A stretch of DNA of 64,000 nucleotides, taken from NCBI RefSeq assembly GCF_026210795.1, contig NC_089433.1, positions 2,480,001-2,544,000 of the forward strand, in the 5' to 3' direction. Made by a program: the position numbers and the translations under genes. Source of the stretch: Rhizophagus irregularis (lineage: Eukaryota). The notes beneath the pieces are model-generated. The model saw only the letters and a program-made list of their open reading frames with translations. It was not told the origin of the DNA and made no database searches. This document shows, in pieces, positions 63,278 to 64,000 of this stretch (the first letter of the stretch is position 1; each line of letters begins with the position of its first letter).

Positions 63278-63731
63278 TTCTTTATTTTCAAAACTATAAA
63301 AAAATAATTTCTTGTTAATAATACATAGGAGAAAGATTCTAATAAAAACAAAAAAAATATTATAGTAAGAAATTCATTATGATAATTTTTTTATCTATTT
63401 CAGATTGTTAATAAAGGAAACTCAAGTAGCAATGATGAAAATATTAACTCTATTACAGTAAATAATTATAATTCCACTTTCTTTTGATTATTTATAAAAA
63501 TCAGTTGGTGTTATAATTTATTTAACAAAACTCAAAATTTTATTATAAAGATACCTGAAATATGTCCTTATTGTGATGAAAGTTACCATCTCCTTTGCCT
63601 AATAAGTTAAAGGATTTGTTTATGAATTTTCAAGGAAAAAGTTTAAAAGCCGTAGAGCAATTTGAATTTTGTCATGCTCATATAGGAGAAATGCAAATCA
63701 TTTCAGATGGTATTAAAAAAGGTTATCCAAC

Positions 63732-63830
63732 TAGAAATGCGATCCAGATGAAATTTTACAATCTGTGATCTTCCTGGATCAATCCGGATTATCATAGGAT
63801 TAAATCTGGATAATCTAAATTAACTATTTT
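63732..63830. mobile_element. Probable start of another hAT-like element truncating the MULE remnant
   Basis: Coding similarity stops at GYP-T, then tagaaatgc with gatcc/ggat repeats. Other end not visible. Confidence 0.4.
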
Positions 63831-64000
63831 TGGGTAGCTCAGTACTTAACGATCGTATAAAGATGCACTATAACTCATTCAAATCGTTACAATGAGACGA
63901 TTTGAATAAGCTATAATACATCTCTGTACGATCACTGGATGTCGAGATAATTGGCAAAATGTGAAACATCAGCATTTTTATTTTATAATTATGCAAAATT

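Larger units (their letters stand above)
57280..63731 (+). pseudogene. MULE/FAR1-like transposase remnant with SWIM finger and a putative RTC4-like C-terminal part; introns expanded by TE insertions
   Basis: KWAVCFNQNIFMAEMS..RAKSMNYLMKGY, FEKQAATILTIYALKKFQEQL, SWIM CTCGYMAFSEIICRHIL..YPSRW, later CPYCD..QFEFCHAH..DGIKKGYP. 5' part missing. Confidence 0.7.

Overview
Eukaryotic, very AT-rich genomic DNA with short GT-AG introns. Composition, gene content and repeat families suggest an arbuscular mycorrhizal fungus (Glomeromycotina, Rhizophagus-like); this is an inference. Two gene islands lie between transposon graveyards. Island 1 (23.6-33.3 kb) holds POP5 and a HOY1/Phx1-type homeobox gene. 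Island 2 (41.3-51.2 kb) holds an alcohol acetyltransferase, SSS1, ISD11, RPS17, a 3-unit polyubiquitin and TFG1. All eight genes are in head-to-head pairs. The graveyards (1-23 kb, 33.6-41 kb, 51.3-64 kb) contain deeply nested elements whose ends and target-site duplications (TSDs) can often be read exactly. They include a LINE with RT and RNase H, a Sola3-like long-TIR element, Tc1/mariner, pogo, MULE/FAR1, several hAT-type non-autonomous elements, MITEs and two TSD-flanked retroposons. The most notable system is a P-element-like DNA transposon family seen three times. All three have AGGACCCC...GGGGTCCT ends, 27-29 bp TIRs, 8-bp TSDs and their own subterminal motifs, and one encodes an intron-containing P-type transposase. 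A CRISPR-looking palindromic array at 60.2-61.5 kb is the interior of a hAT-type element, not CRISPR. All calls are by eye; no database searches were run.
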